A stretch of DNA of 64,000 nt from Takakia lepidozioides (lineage: Eukaryota; Plantae; Bryophyta), in NCBI GenBank assembly GCA_030704615.1, contig CM060734.1, forward strand, positions 19,096,001 to 19,160,000, read 5' to 3'. The notes below the pieces were generated by a model, which saw only the letters and a list, made by a program, of their open reading frames with translations, had not been told where the DNA came from and made no database searches. Below, one piece after another: positions 48,675 to 60,400 of the stretch. A program made the translations under genes and the position numbers. The number at the start of each line of letters is the position of its first letter. Within the stretch, counting starts at the first letter, position 1.

Positions 48675-49480
48675 ATGCGGTCCCTCCGGCGGTCCCCCAT
48701 CTTTTTCAGAAAGAAAATATTATAAATGTTGCAAAAACAATGTAATTAGTCTGAAATCAAAAATACATTATATGAGGCGACCGCATTCAGCGGTCGCCGG
48801 GAAATAATCATTAAAACAACCTTACAGCTGGAAGTTAAAATCAATAATAAGCGGAAAAAAACGAAAAAATTGGGCGACCGTTCGGCGACCGCTGATCGGG
48901 CTCGCCGCCCATAGCTGATGACATTCCGCTGCCCTTAGCGGTCGCCCATCTTTTTCTAAAACAAAATAATGCAAATACTACTAAAAAGCAAATAACAAAA
49001 TTGGAATCGAAGAACACCTGCAATCGGGCGACCGCTCGAACAGCGGTCGCCAGGACAAGTTCGTCTGCCGTCGTGCAGTCGGATGGGAAATAAACTTAAA
49101 ACAGAAACCTTACAGATGGAAGTTGAAATTTAAAAAATTGGGGAAAATGCAAAATTATGGGCGACCGTTTTGGCAGCGGTCGCCTTGTAATGTGCTTCTG
49201 CCCCTGCGCAGCCCAGTATAAATGAAAAGTCCGGCGACCGCATCAGCGGTCGCTGATCGGGTCGGAAACGGGGGTGGCTGCCCGCTGTGGTTCCGACATT
49301 GTTTCTTTGTTTAAAAAAAACAACCGTTAAGATGGGCCGCAGATGCAAATTCTGGCCGAATCTCAGAATTTTCATCTCTAAACTTTTTTCGGAAATTGCG
49401 GCCGGCCAATGGCGGTCCGTTATCCGGGACTTAATAAGCAAGACCAAATATGGGCTGCTCAGTGCCTCCCCTGTCGCCCC
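48675..49480. repeat. GGGCGACCG / AGCGGTCGCC palindromic motif cluster in AT-rich spacers
   Basis: Examples: GGCGACCGCATTCAGCGGTCGCC (48776), GGGCGACCGCTCGAACAGCGGTCGCC (49026), GGCGACCGCATCAGCGGTCGC (49233). A segment at ~48815-48880 recurs at ~49100-49170. Confidence 0.65.
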
Positions 49481-50699
49481 ATTTATACAAATAATGTGTG
49501 ACCACCATATGGTAAACCGTGCTAATACTGCTCTTTTTTAGCATCCACCTGTCGCATCTTGCTGAACCTGGTGGCATTTTTTGGCAGTTGGCAACCTATA
49601 AATATTCTTCATTATGTGAAATCTGTAAATTTGAGCATAGCCCATCGGATCTTCATTTTCTTCATTGATCACGGAGCCAGACACAAGGCTGCAGCCAACA
49701 ACATCTAAACAGTACATCTTGTCTTTTGAACAAGAGTTTTGCACAATATGTTTAAGTGTTTGGAGGTAAATTTACTTTCAATAAAGTATGTTCCATCATT
49801 TGTGGATTGATATGCGCAAGCCAATGAGATGTAGTCAGGAAGAGATTGGCAATTGGCACTTCCAGTAGAACAAAAGAATGCAGAGCATAACCACCAAAAT
49901 CTATAACTGCTTGGTAGCATGCCTGTGCATGCAGCATGAACAATATTTGCAGATCATTTACTTCAACAATTTTAATCTCCCTCAACAATGTACACTATAA
50001 AAGACATAACTGAACCGTTCCAATGTTTCCAGCATAGATCGGCCCACTCATGACTGGCCATGCCCTCTCCATAGCATACCCAAACTCAACCGGTGTTGAA
50101 GTGAGTAGTGTGATGATGTAGGTGGATTCCTGTCAAAGATTGCCCGCCATACTAACACTACCCACATCGCGTGTGCAACACCATACTGGAGTGAGGCCTT
50201 CTGCCTCTGTACATGAGCACATGAAGCCTTGCCAAAAAAGAGTTGCAACCAGATCAACATGGACAGACACATAGAAGGCGAGGAAGACCGTAAACCCTTT
50301 TTGGTGAAAGCCAGCAGCCGTTCCTCATTCTCCTGCAAACGTAACCCACAATAAAAGCAGAAATGTAACAACCACAACCCTTTCATCCTCTTTCCTAATG
50401 AATGACGGATAAATGTCCACAACACAAAACATTTCCATACACACAAAAAAGTGCACGTCTATCCCATCTGGAGAAAGATAACATCACCAATTAGGGGTCA
50501 CGGCAATTGTGTGGAAAGGGTTGCAACTAACCTGCTGCTGGAAGTAGACAAAGACATCCTTCGGGGAGCTATGCAGATCTATGGCGGAAATAGTTGTAAC
50601 TGGTTGGTGCAAGTTAAGGCATCCTCATAATTGGAGGCATGAGGTGCAAACGAGGACGCGTCAACTTGCAACAACCAGTTACAACCATTTGACGACGGA

Positions 50700-50845
50700 C
50701 ATCTCCATGACAATATCTGGTGCGTCTCCAGCTTTGATGATGTCAGCTTGGACCTCCAAGCCTTTCCTTGGGCTGCCATGCTAGCACATGCCTTGAGAAC
50801 AGAAATGAATGTGACCCGATTGGGTCTTGCCCCTTCCTGTAACTG
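50700..50845 (-). pseudogene. PPR motif fragment
   Basis: QEGARPNRVTFISVLKACASMA, then a frameshift into LEVQADIIKAG. Confidence 0.65.
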
Positions 50846-50946
50846 TAAAGGCAGAATCGTGAGGTAAAAATAGAAATGGGCCAGCCAATATACAATACTT
50901 AAGAACACGATGGTGTTTGGATTTCCTCAAAAACACAGCAATCTTT

Positions 50947-52390
50947 ACCTGGACTTCCTTCGCCGATATGATGCTCTCAGCTGTAAGTTTCCCTAGCGTG
51001 AAAACACATTCATCTGCCCCATATGCACCCAGTTCGAGACTGTGCTTCCATTCTGCCACAAGGTAACTGCCAACACGGATGTCAACTTCAGTCATCCAAT
51101 CCAACATATTGTCTTCTGACATTGAGGACCCCAAGGGACAGAAGCTACCTGTAAACTGCAAGCTCCTTCCTCAGTTATGAATTTCTTGGGGTTGCAGCAC
51201 TTGCTGAAGGCACTCCACTCTGAAGATCAAAGTGGTCATGTAGTGGTGATGTCAACCAGTGCTGCATCCAGAAAATGGACTTCTGTCCAATCTACCCATC
51301 ATAGATATGTATCTCATAATAGGCATATGCATCTCCCTCCACTTTAAAATGCTACTTTTGAAGAAAATCATATGTAGAGACATTATATAATATATATACT
51401 AAAATATTATACGAATAGGCTTCCAGCAACAAATTGAGTAGTAAGAACAGCGTGTGACTAACTTGTCATGAAGTGGGACAAAGAGATAGTCCTTCTCAAA
51501 TATGTTGGACCCTTTTGTCCACTTCCTCAACTTCGACAAGTCACCACCACCCTTCTTTTTCGCGTCAGGACAAAATGACATAATAACTTTGCGTGACTAA
51601 CCATATCACTCCGTCACCATCATATCAACTATGGGAAACACTCATCTGAATCCAGTGACATAACTTTCACAGCTTATCCTGATACAAGTTCTCCATCAAA
51701 GCCATTATACTTTGAGAAACAGTTGAGCCACACATCACCTACTCGTTGCTGAGCGGCAACAATGTGGAAAAGCAAAATATATACGTAGATGGCAATCAGC
51801 TGGTTACTGACCTCTAAACACAAACCTCAAATCTGCTAGGTTTCAAAGCCCAAAATAAACCATGTGCATGAGCTGAAAGAAGATTAATAAATATTTGAAT
51901 AAACACAAAGCTCGAAGTATACCTGCCCAACCACTACTTCACTCAGTTTTTTGTTGAAGAAGCTGTTGAAGGAATGGAATCGTTTTTCCTGTCCCAAACT
52001 GAGAGCTTCTGGTCTCTGAATGTACCTGCCACAGCCAGGTTATATACACTCTACTTAATGAAATCTGTGAAAAAAGTCTCCCATTGATGGAGGAAGCAAC
52101 ACTTTAAATTCTTTATACAACCATGCCAATGGTTACCATATAGCACCATGATGGGTTTCACAAATATGAGCCTCCACATGACCATCCACCCATCATATAC
52201 TTTCAGTCCTGATGACAAGTTGTTTGCCAGAGTAAGCAAAAAGTTGATACCAGCTGTTGAACTTTGGCCCACACAATAGCTACCGTACTTGATGTACAAG
52301 TCAACCACCGAAGCATTGAAATGCTCCGGCGGTGCCAGCCGTTGAAGGTCTCAGTACAGAACTTGCGCAACCTCCGGATCATCCCTGCAT
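50947..52390 (-). pseudogene. ULP1-family SUMO protease (C48) exon fragments
   Basis: Spliced exons read DDPEVAQVLY*DLQRLAPPEHFNASVVDLYIK (52289-52384), RFHSFNSFFNKKLSE (~51925-52024), LRKWTKGSNIFEKDYLFVPLHDK (~51462-51565) and SYLVAEWKHS (~51060). There is an in-frame stop, and the catalytic His/Cys exons were not found. Confidence 0.75.
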
Positions 52391-53330
52391 AGCAAACATA
52401 TGGTGCGTCTGAATTCATTCTTATTAGTTATAGAGTGCAGATTAAACATGTTGTCCCCTGTCACACAGATTTACTGATTCAAATGTGCCATCATGGCCTC
52501 CAATTGGTCTGGCAGTTACAAGCTACCAGTAATAAGCACTTTACAAATCCCAAGCTCAGCTCAGGCTGAAACAATTGCAATTTGTCCCTAGTGGATGGAT
52601 ACGCTAGCAAGTCGCCCTCCCTCCTGAAACCAACAACATGGGGGCCTCATCTTAGGACCATAAATGTGTCACATCACAAAGACTAATGTGACAGCCTTGT
52701 GACAGCAATCCATGTATTGGGTGGTATCATAGCTCTCATGCAACAGTTGGAAACCAGAATAATCCGCTTTAAGTTTCAAAGAGTTCGCCACAAAAGCGAT
52801 TCAAGACAGTTCATGAGGGTGCACATACATATTGTCAGCAAATGAAGTCTTGCCACCACGTGATCGACTATCACATTCAAGCCTACATACAGTGATTTCT
52901 AAGGCACGGATGGTTGAAATACAAAAGCAGGGCTCTAATCGTAAGTTTACTTCCACACGTGAGAGCGACTGTGCTTCGCAATCCCTCTCTTCGGCGCTGA
53001 TCCTGAGCACATGAGTTCAACACTGACGAAGAACCTCATTTTCTTTTTTCCTCTGCCTCATCAGAGGAACCAAGCTCCATAGCTGTGTCCTGCAGAAGCC
53101 ACATGAGCTCCATCAGTAACATTACTTGAATGTAGTTGTACTACATGGACCCCAAATTTGGTCTGTACTAACCAGTTGTTTCCCTTGAGATAAATTACTA
53201 CAACAGTCACCCTTAATAGGTAAGCTTCGACTACTATCTTGACGTGCGTACAGTAATTAACTAGTTTGCACTCTACACAACACTGAAGACGACATCTTTC
53301 ACTAGAGGTTCACGTGATTCACTGTCACAT

Positions 53331-53726
53331 TCAGATTTTGATGCCCTTCCTGCCATTCACATGCTTCGCATATCGTGCAATCACTGTATTCCACGCAAAC
53401 AAATTTCCTTTAGGCATTTTGTCAAACCCTCGGCGTGCATCCGCCGCGCTTCCACACTTGGTATACATGTTGACAAGGGTGTTGAGAAGAAAGAGTTTTG
53501 GCTTCAATCCACTTTCGATCATGTGGGAATGAACCTGCTTTCCTACTTCTACATTCTCAATCACAGTGCACTCTCGCAATACATAAACATAAGTATTTGA
53601 GTCTACCGAAATGCCTCCTTGGTTTGATATGTCCCACACCGCTTTGAGTTGTGCTGGCTTACATAAGAGCTTGCATAAGTGTGCCAGATGACTTTTTATT
53701 TCCTCCTCCGCTTGGTCCTGTCTCAA
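53331..53726 (-). pseudogene. PLS-class pentatricopeptide-repeat gene fragment
   Basis: VDSNTYVYVLREC..GKQVHSHMIESGLKPKLFLLNTLVNMYTKCGSAADARRGFDKMPKGNLFAWNTVIARYAKH; ends after ~2.5 motifs. Confidence 0.85.
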
Positions 53727-54289
53727 AAGCAGTAGTCATGGTGGGAGGCGATGCGGAATCCGACCACCGTGCCTGATTCAACCCTGCTATCCTGCACGAC
53801 TCAATACCTTCGGTTACACCCTTCGCCTAAACCCTAAGCCAATCCACAAGGGACCGCCACCCGTTGCGGTCCCGTCTATATATATATATTTTTAAAGCAC
53901 TTCAAACGGGACCACCCGGACCGCGGTCCCGGCAAATACTACACCTTCACTCCGGACGCCACCCGCCCGCACCCTCCACTATTTTTGAAATAAAAAACCC
54001 ATAAACGGGACTGGGCGCGATTCGGCGGTCCCGAGCTTATTGAGGTGGCCCCCAACGTTCGCCCACTTGAACCACAGGGGCGGCCGGCCGCCTAGCCAAG
54101 TCGCCTCAATGGGTGCGAAAGGGACGCCTTACAATCGGTACCGCCTAGCGCGGCGGACCTCAAATTTATATTTTCAAATAGGAAAAATCCCGCAATTTTG
54201 GGGCCGCCACAGGCCGGCCCCAACACACCCAAATAAAATAAAATAAAATAAATAAAATGGACGCGTTGCCGAAGCAAGCGTAACTTACG

Positions 54290-55535
54290 GTGTCACTTGA
54301 CCCAGAAGGGCTACTACCGTCCAGTAGGAAGGTAAACACCTTTAGTGATTATCCAAGACCGAAGGCGCTTAAGCTGGTAAGGGAGGTGGTGCGCGACTAC
54401 TTCATGAACACGGATTATCCACACTTGCATAGTTCGTACGTTTTCTACGGCTATGAAGGGTTCCTGAAGTTCCAGAATAATATGGAGAGGAGAATGCGGG
54501 TGGCTATGGCAGGGGAGGAATGGGCCGAGGACAGGATGAAACCGAAATTCGATGAATGGGTGGAGAGTCGGGCACAAGATGCGACGTGGAACACGAAGCA
54601 ACTCGTGGAAACAATTGTTAAGAGACCAACAGAAGGTCGACGGCCGTCACCGGAAAAAAATTTGTTTTCGCGTGTGGATTGGTGGTTTGGTATGTCCACA
54701 ACTTATTCCAAGAATAAAACCAGGGTTGCCCCTTGGAAGACGGACAGGTTTGCGCCCAACGAAGGCCTCAGTATCTTATTCATCAACGCAAACGCCACCA
54801 TTCAGCAACTGGATAAGGTCAAAGAAGGTGGTTATGGTCGAATTCGGAAGGTGAGAATTGAAGGTGTAGGATTCCTACGACATGGGCTTTAGCGGGAAAA
54901 ATGCCCAAAGATTCTAATGCAGAAACTGCCAGACAAGAGTTTGAGCATGAGGCCATGGCAGTGCGATTCTCCCACTTTGGAGTTATCAAGTTTCTTGCTG
55001 CGCATCAACGAACGTACGAAGGGACTCAATATGGTGGAATGGGGGGACCATACGCGAAATGTTGGCAATTGACAAAAAATGGTCGAACGACGAGAGGGAC
55101 CACCGGGAATTGCTGAGATTGCATGGGACGCCGAAGGATGTGGATGAAGTGTACAGGATGGTGCGGTTTCGACGCCAACGCACAAAATTGGCATGGGCTC
55201 TTCTACACATCGTCTCAGAAGTACACAAGAATCACATCATGCACAATGATATATCCCCCGACAATATTCTCCTGCATTTTCCGGGTTGTAGCGAAGATGT
55301 GTACATTGGGTTGTGTGATTGGGGAATATCATCATCAACGGAGGCCTCCAAGGCGTCACCATATATTTATACCAGCGCAGAGGAGAGAGAACTCGCATTG
55401 CGTCACAGATGGTGGATAGCGCCAGAACTTGCGGTTGTGCACAACTCGTCAAAAACGCAAGTGGAAGGAATGCCATTTAGGCCTTTCCATAGCATGGTCG
55501 TGGAGACATTTGCTGTTGGCAAAATTGCGGAATGA
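54290..55535 (+). pseudogene. Ser/Thr protein kinase-like ORF with ~170-aa N-terminal extension; frameshifted, 3' truncated
   Basis: EGGYGRIRKV (Gly loop), LAGKMPK, FEHEA, HFGVIKF, WWNGGTIREM, IMHNDISPDNILL, IGLCDWG, WWIAPEL. Frameshifts at ~54875 and ~55030. No introns seen. Confidence 0.82.
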
Positions 55536-55544
55536 ATTCCATGT

Positions 55545-56345
55545 CCATCATCGAAATTTCGTACCGGACAATGGAATGCGGCACCGCATTTCCGGAGAGC
55601 ACAATGGAATGCGGTGCCACATTTCCGTCGAAGGGTCTGGAATTGGACAAACAACGATGTCCGTTCTGAAAATGCGGCACCGCATTTCCATGTCCGTCAT
55701 CAAAATTTCGTATTGGACAATGGAATGCGGTGCCGCATTTCCGTCCAACAAGACGGAATGCCCACACGGGTCTGGAATTGGACAAACAACGATGTCTGTT
55801 TTGGAAATGCGGCGCCGCATTTCCATGTTTGGCAATCGAAAGTTCTTATTGGACAATGTAATGCGGTGCCGCATTTCCGTCAAAGGGTCTGGAATTGGAC
55901 AAACAACGATATCCGTTTTGGAAATGCGGCGCCGCATTTCCATGTACGTCATCGAAATTTCTTATTGGTCAATGGAATGCGATGCTGCATTCCCGTCTAG
56001 CATCATGGAATGGGGAGCCACATTTCCGTCGATGGGTCTGCTGTTGGAAAAACGTCCATCTCCAAAATGTAAATGTGGCACCGCATTTCCATGTTCGACC
56101 TCCGCATGCGGGGTGACATATCCATTTACCTCCATGGAAGGAGCTGGCAATCGGCAAAACTGCCGTGTCGAGAACGGAAATGCGGCACCGCATTTCCGTT
56201 CGGCCGAACAGTTTCTGATGTCCAAACCATGAAACGGAAAATTGTTCTTGCCCCGGTTTTGGAAATGCGGTGCCGCATTTCCAAAGGAGGTTTTTGCAGT
56301 TGCCACATTTCCGTTCCGACATGGAAATGCGGTGCCGCATTTCCG
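55545..56345. repeat. Array of ~13 near-palindromes GGAAATGCGGYRCCGCATTTCC with semi-conserved spacers
   Basis: Copies at ~55573, 55605, 55668, 55722, 55803, 55858, 55920, 55974, 56007, 56070, 56176, 56261 and 56323. The spacer GGGTCTGGAATTGGACAAACAACGAT occurs three times. Confidence 0.88.
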
Positions 56346-56516
56346 ATTTTGGGAGGGATGTGGTTTGGACGATGTTGTCGTTGAGAAGCACATGGGAGAG
56401 GGGACATGAAGGACGGGGAGAATTTCCTTTATATACTCTGGAAGAGAATTTAAATGTACAGAGAGTTCATTAAAATTCTATTAATCTTGAAAATCATCAC
56501 TATCGTCGTCCTGTCC

Positions 56517-57460
56517 TTAACTGTCCTGCTCCGCCTCCACCCCGTCATTGCCTTTCTCATCTCCAGCGGACTGCTCGTTGGCTAGGCTTTCGAAAATCCC
56601 ATCTTCCCCTTGCAGAACCGACCATCTCACCTCCGTTGGTTCGTCGTCCTCCCTGTCTGCATCGCTCTCATCCGCTGAATCACATATGAACTTTCGCACC
56701 CGTCTACCTGTCTCAGCTGTTGCCAACTCTTTCCTTATCCTTCTGTCCTCCCTAGCCCTCTCCAAAATCTGCTCTACTTTACTGGGATTCTCACATCGTC
56801 TAATCGCTGTATTTGTGAGTTTAGCTGCATAACTAGTCCTTCACCGGGCTCGTCATGAAGTCGGCCCTCGCAAAGAACGGGACATTCTTCCTGGCAAGAA
56901 GTGTAGGCCCTACATGTTTCGACCCGGATCCTGGAATCCTGCACATAACAATCACCAACGAGACCAATGAGAACCACAGTCTGGAAATGTGTTTGACAAA
57001 AAATCACCCAGAAGGCTTTGCAAACTTACAATTTTTGCACTCACTCGTATTCCGGGTTCTCCTCGGCATCAATGTCCACTGTCTCTTCCTCCGACTCCGA
57101 CGAATCCGAGGAGTCTTTGGCTTCGATGGGAGCCTTCACATTCCGTTGCAGCCCTTCCAGATGGGATCCCCAGACGGATATGTCCTCCTCGTAGGCAAAG
57201 AGGTGCCGGTCGGAAAACCGCCCAGCCCACATTGAGGCACCTGTTACAATGCCATCCACACATTATGACATGGCCCTTCAGATGTTGCGAATTAAAGCAT
57301 AACGAGAATTTGCAGAACAGCATAGAACAAGATTTTGCATACCTGTCCCACAGACGAGGTCGAGCACTGTGCCCTCCACGTCAGTGCATGTCTCCATAAC
57401 AACCAAATGGATGTTCAGTTGTTCAAAGATACTTCCACGGGCAATGTTTTTACTTCTGCA
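56517..57460 (-). pseudogene. 3' end of a spliced gene with an N4C/N6A (beta-class) DNA-methyltransferase-like SAM-binding motif and an acidic C-terminal tail
   Basis: Splicing the GT-AG intron 57342-57241 gives VMETCTDVEGTVLDLVCGTG|ASMWAGRFSDRHLFAYEED, which matches the pattern T..G..VLD...G.G....A.....R.....E.D. A later exon reads IRRCENPSKVEQILERA..RKFICDSADES. The 5' part is replaced by gypsy DNA. Confidence 0.55.
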
Positions 57461-60400
57461 CAGAACCAACAGTATTTGAGCAGATCCTTCACGGAGGAAA
57501 TACTCAAAGGCCTGAAGGGACAAGAGGTACAATGGGCGGACATAATGTACAACGCACTGGTAGAGGAGATGAAAAGATTACAAGGTACTACCGCAAAGTC
57601 TCCTATCATAGTGTCTGGCCCAATCATTGCTCAAATAATCCTTGATTCTGGCATACTTGATGCGCAAGAAAGAAAGGAAATGAGAGTGTTTGAGCCAGAA
57701 ACAACTGCAATGGAAGAGCAAGGCTCTTCACACAGTGAGGGTGGACTAGCAGGGCAACCCGAGACTAAGAGGCAGAGACGGGGAAAGACTGTAGTGGCGG
57801 ATCCACTGGCTTCACGGATTCCGCATGATAATGTTTTCCAAGCTCATGGCCAGGAAGGGGCACAGCAGCACAAAGAAATGCTATTACTGGAAGCAGGACC
57901 TTCAGAGAGGGAGGAGGAAGTTACTTCTGTATCACAACCATCACAGACAGCTGATCGACTTGTAACAAGGTCACAAGTTATCCATGCAGCTCAACCAGAA
58001 AAAATTGATTTGGAAAGAGAAGGGTTAGATATTCCAACTACAGAACAGATAGTGGCAGAAATGGAGAAGGGGGACCTTCTCTATGAATATTCTGGTCTGG
58101 TCAAGGAGACAGAGATCCTAGAGGTGCAACAGTTGCCCAAGGGAAATCCTGAGGTGCATATAATACACACACCTGTGTCGGAGGTACCACAGGCGGAAGG
58201 TCATGACACTGTAGCACCGGTGATAGATGAAGTAGTTCAGGAAGAAAATCCGGTGGGACAATGGCCTGAATGGTTCGTGAGACATCACACTGTTGAAGAT
58301 CAGGAGGAACAGCAGCAACCTCACCATGATGACCCTCAACAGGCAATGTTGATGAGTTCCATAGGCAGGACACTTAATTTGTTGGGGACTTATGTCAAAT
58401 CCCATGTTCCAATTACCCAATTGACAGCCTTGAGAGAGGAACTCAGGAAGGAGTTTGAGGCTCGACTAGCCACTGAGTGTGCAAACAAGGTCGATGAAGA
58501 GGTCACTCTCAAGATGCAGCAGGACTTGGGAAATACAGAAGTGGCTTTGCAATTGGCCAATGAACAATTGATTGAGGCAGGCCTCGCGCAAGACCAGCAC
58601 GAAGCACATAAGCAACAGCTATATCAAATGCAGGTGCAGCATGAAAGCAAGTTGTAAGAAGTGAATGCAGTACATACGGAGTTGCAGACAGTGCATGACA
58701 GGATGGCGATACAATGTGCTACATTCACAACTATGCTTGACCAATCTACAAAAGAAATAAACAGTCAAGCGGAAAAATGTACGAAGGCAGAAGAAGAGAA
58801 TGTTGAGCAAATGAAGCTCATTGTCGATATGAAGAATACAATCTGTCGATATGAAGAATACAATCTGTCGCAATGAAGATACTTTCAAGCAATACAGGCA
58901 GATTGAAGCTGATCAAGAGAAGCACATCGTGGAGTTGCAACAAACCATCATGGCCAATAGAAATGAAATCGCGGTCAGTAACAAGGCTTGGAAAGAAGCC
59001 AATAATCTACTTGCTGCTTATGCGCAATTGGTTGAACCTCAGGCGAAGCGCATGGAGGCTTTACAACAGCAGTTGGAATTGTACAAGCTAAGAGAGGAGC
59101 AAACTCTCAGGGGAACCACAAGCAACTTGGTGGATAACAGCCTTATGCAGGTCTGGTTAGCACAAGGGCCAGTAGAGGGCAAAGCACCACGAAAGCTCAC
59201 CCAAAGCGAGATGAATGAGCTCAGGCTGCAGGTCCAGAACATTGCCACAACTACTATAGACAATGTCTATAGTAGGATAGCAGAGTTACAAGAAGATGTA
59301 GACGGACTGCAGACTCAAGTGGAAGACCTCACTTCAAACATCGACAAAAGAGTCTATATCCCTCAGGAACAGCTAATGGCTTCTTATTTACAAGCCAGAA
59401 CTTTGGCTTTTCAGTCTTCACAGGAGGTGCAGGAGATGCCAATGATACAAGAGCCAGTACCACCACCACCACAACAAGTCACTGTACCAGTAGCTGAACC
59501 TGTGGTTACTACAACCACACCACAGCCGAAGGTATGGGGCAATGCCGCTTTTAACCCATCTAAAATTCCAGCTGCAAGGGAGTACAGTAGGGCTATGATT
59601 ATGCCCTTCAACCAAATTCCCATCATGTTGGATTTGGCTTGGAAAGAATTTAGTCCTCCGCAGTCATTCGCACATTACTACCAAATCATGCGTATTTGGT
59701 TGCCAGTGGCAACTAGGACTAAAGTTCTTCCGAACAATCGACATATTGAAGATCATCACTTTGCACAATACTGGCACGAGGCAGGTACCATGTTGAGGGA
59801 ATTGATTGCTTTCCAGGTTGTACATGGACTCATTTATACCAAGACCAAGGAGGTAGCAAGTATTGTCATGGGATACGGGTTATACTACGCTGCTTGTTTT
59901 CTGGTACGTTACCACATTGAGCAACAAAAGATGCAAACACGCTTTCTGAGTTATTCCAGTGGAGATCATTGGGTATTACCTTCGGTGCCACCTCATATGT
60001 ACCTATATGACCCAAAAGTTATGATGCAAAAGGATTCTCAAATTCGTTCATGGTTTCAAGCGGCCTGGAACCATTTGTCAACACAGAAATTCGGCATTGA
60101 TGACATTTTCTATAAGGGACATGTGGCATGGAAATACTTGCACGCTGCACCAGTAATTGGTACCCCACTCACCTGGACAGGCGAGGAGCTCAGTGTCTAC
60201 ACCAATTTTGCTGTTCAGCGGTTACACCAAGTTGTAAAATACAAACTTCCAGACATGGTAGGACAGCATTGTATGCCCCAGATGATTCCACAAAAAGTTC
60301 AAAAATTAAAACACCTGAGAGGCGATGAGGATTCTGATACAACTGTTTCTTCACCGAATTCTTTTGACATGGGAGAAGACTATGCAGTTCAGATGGCAGA

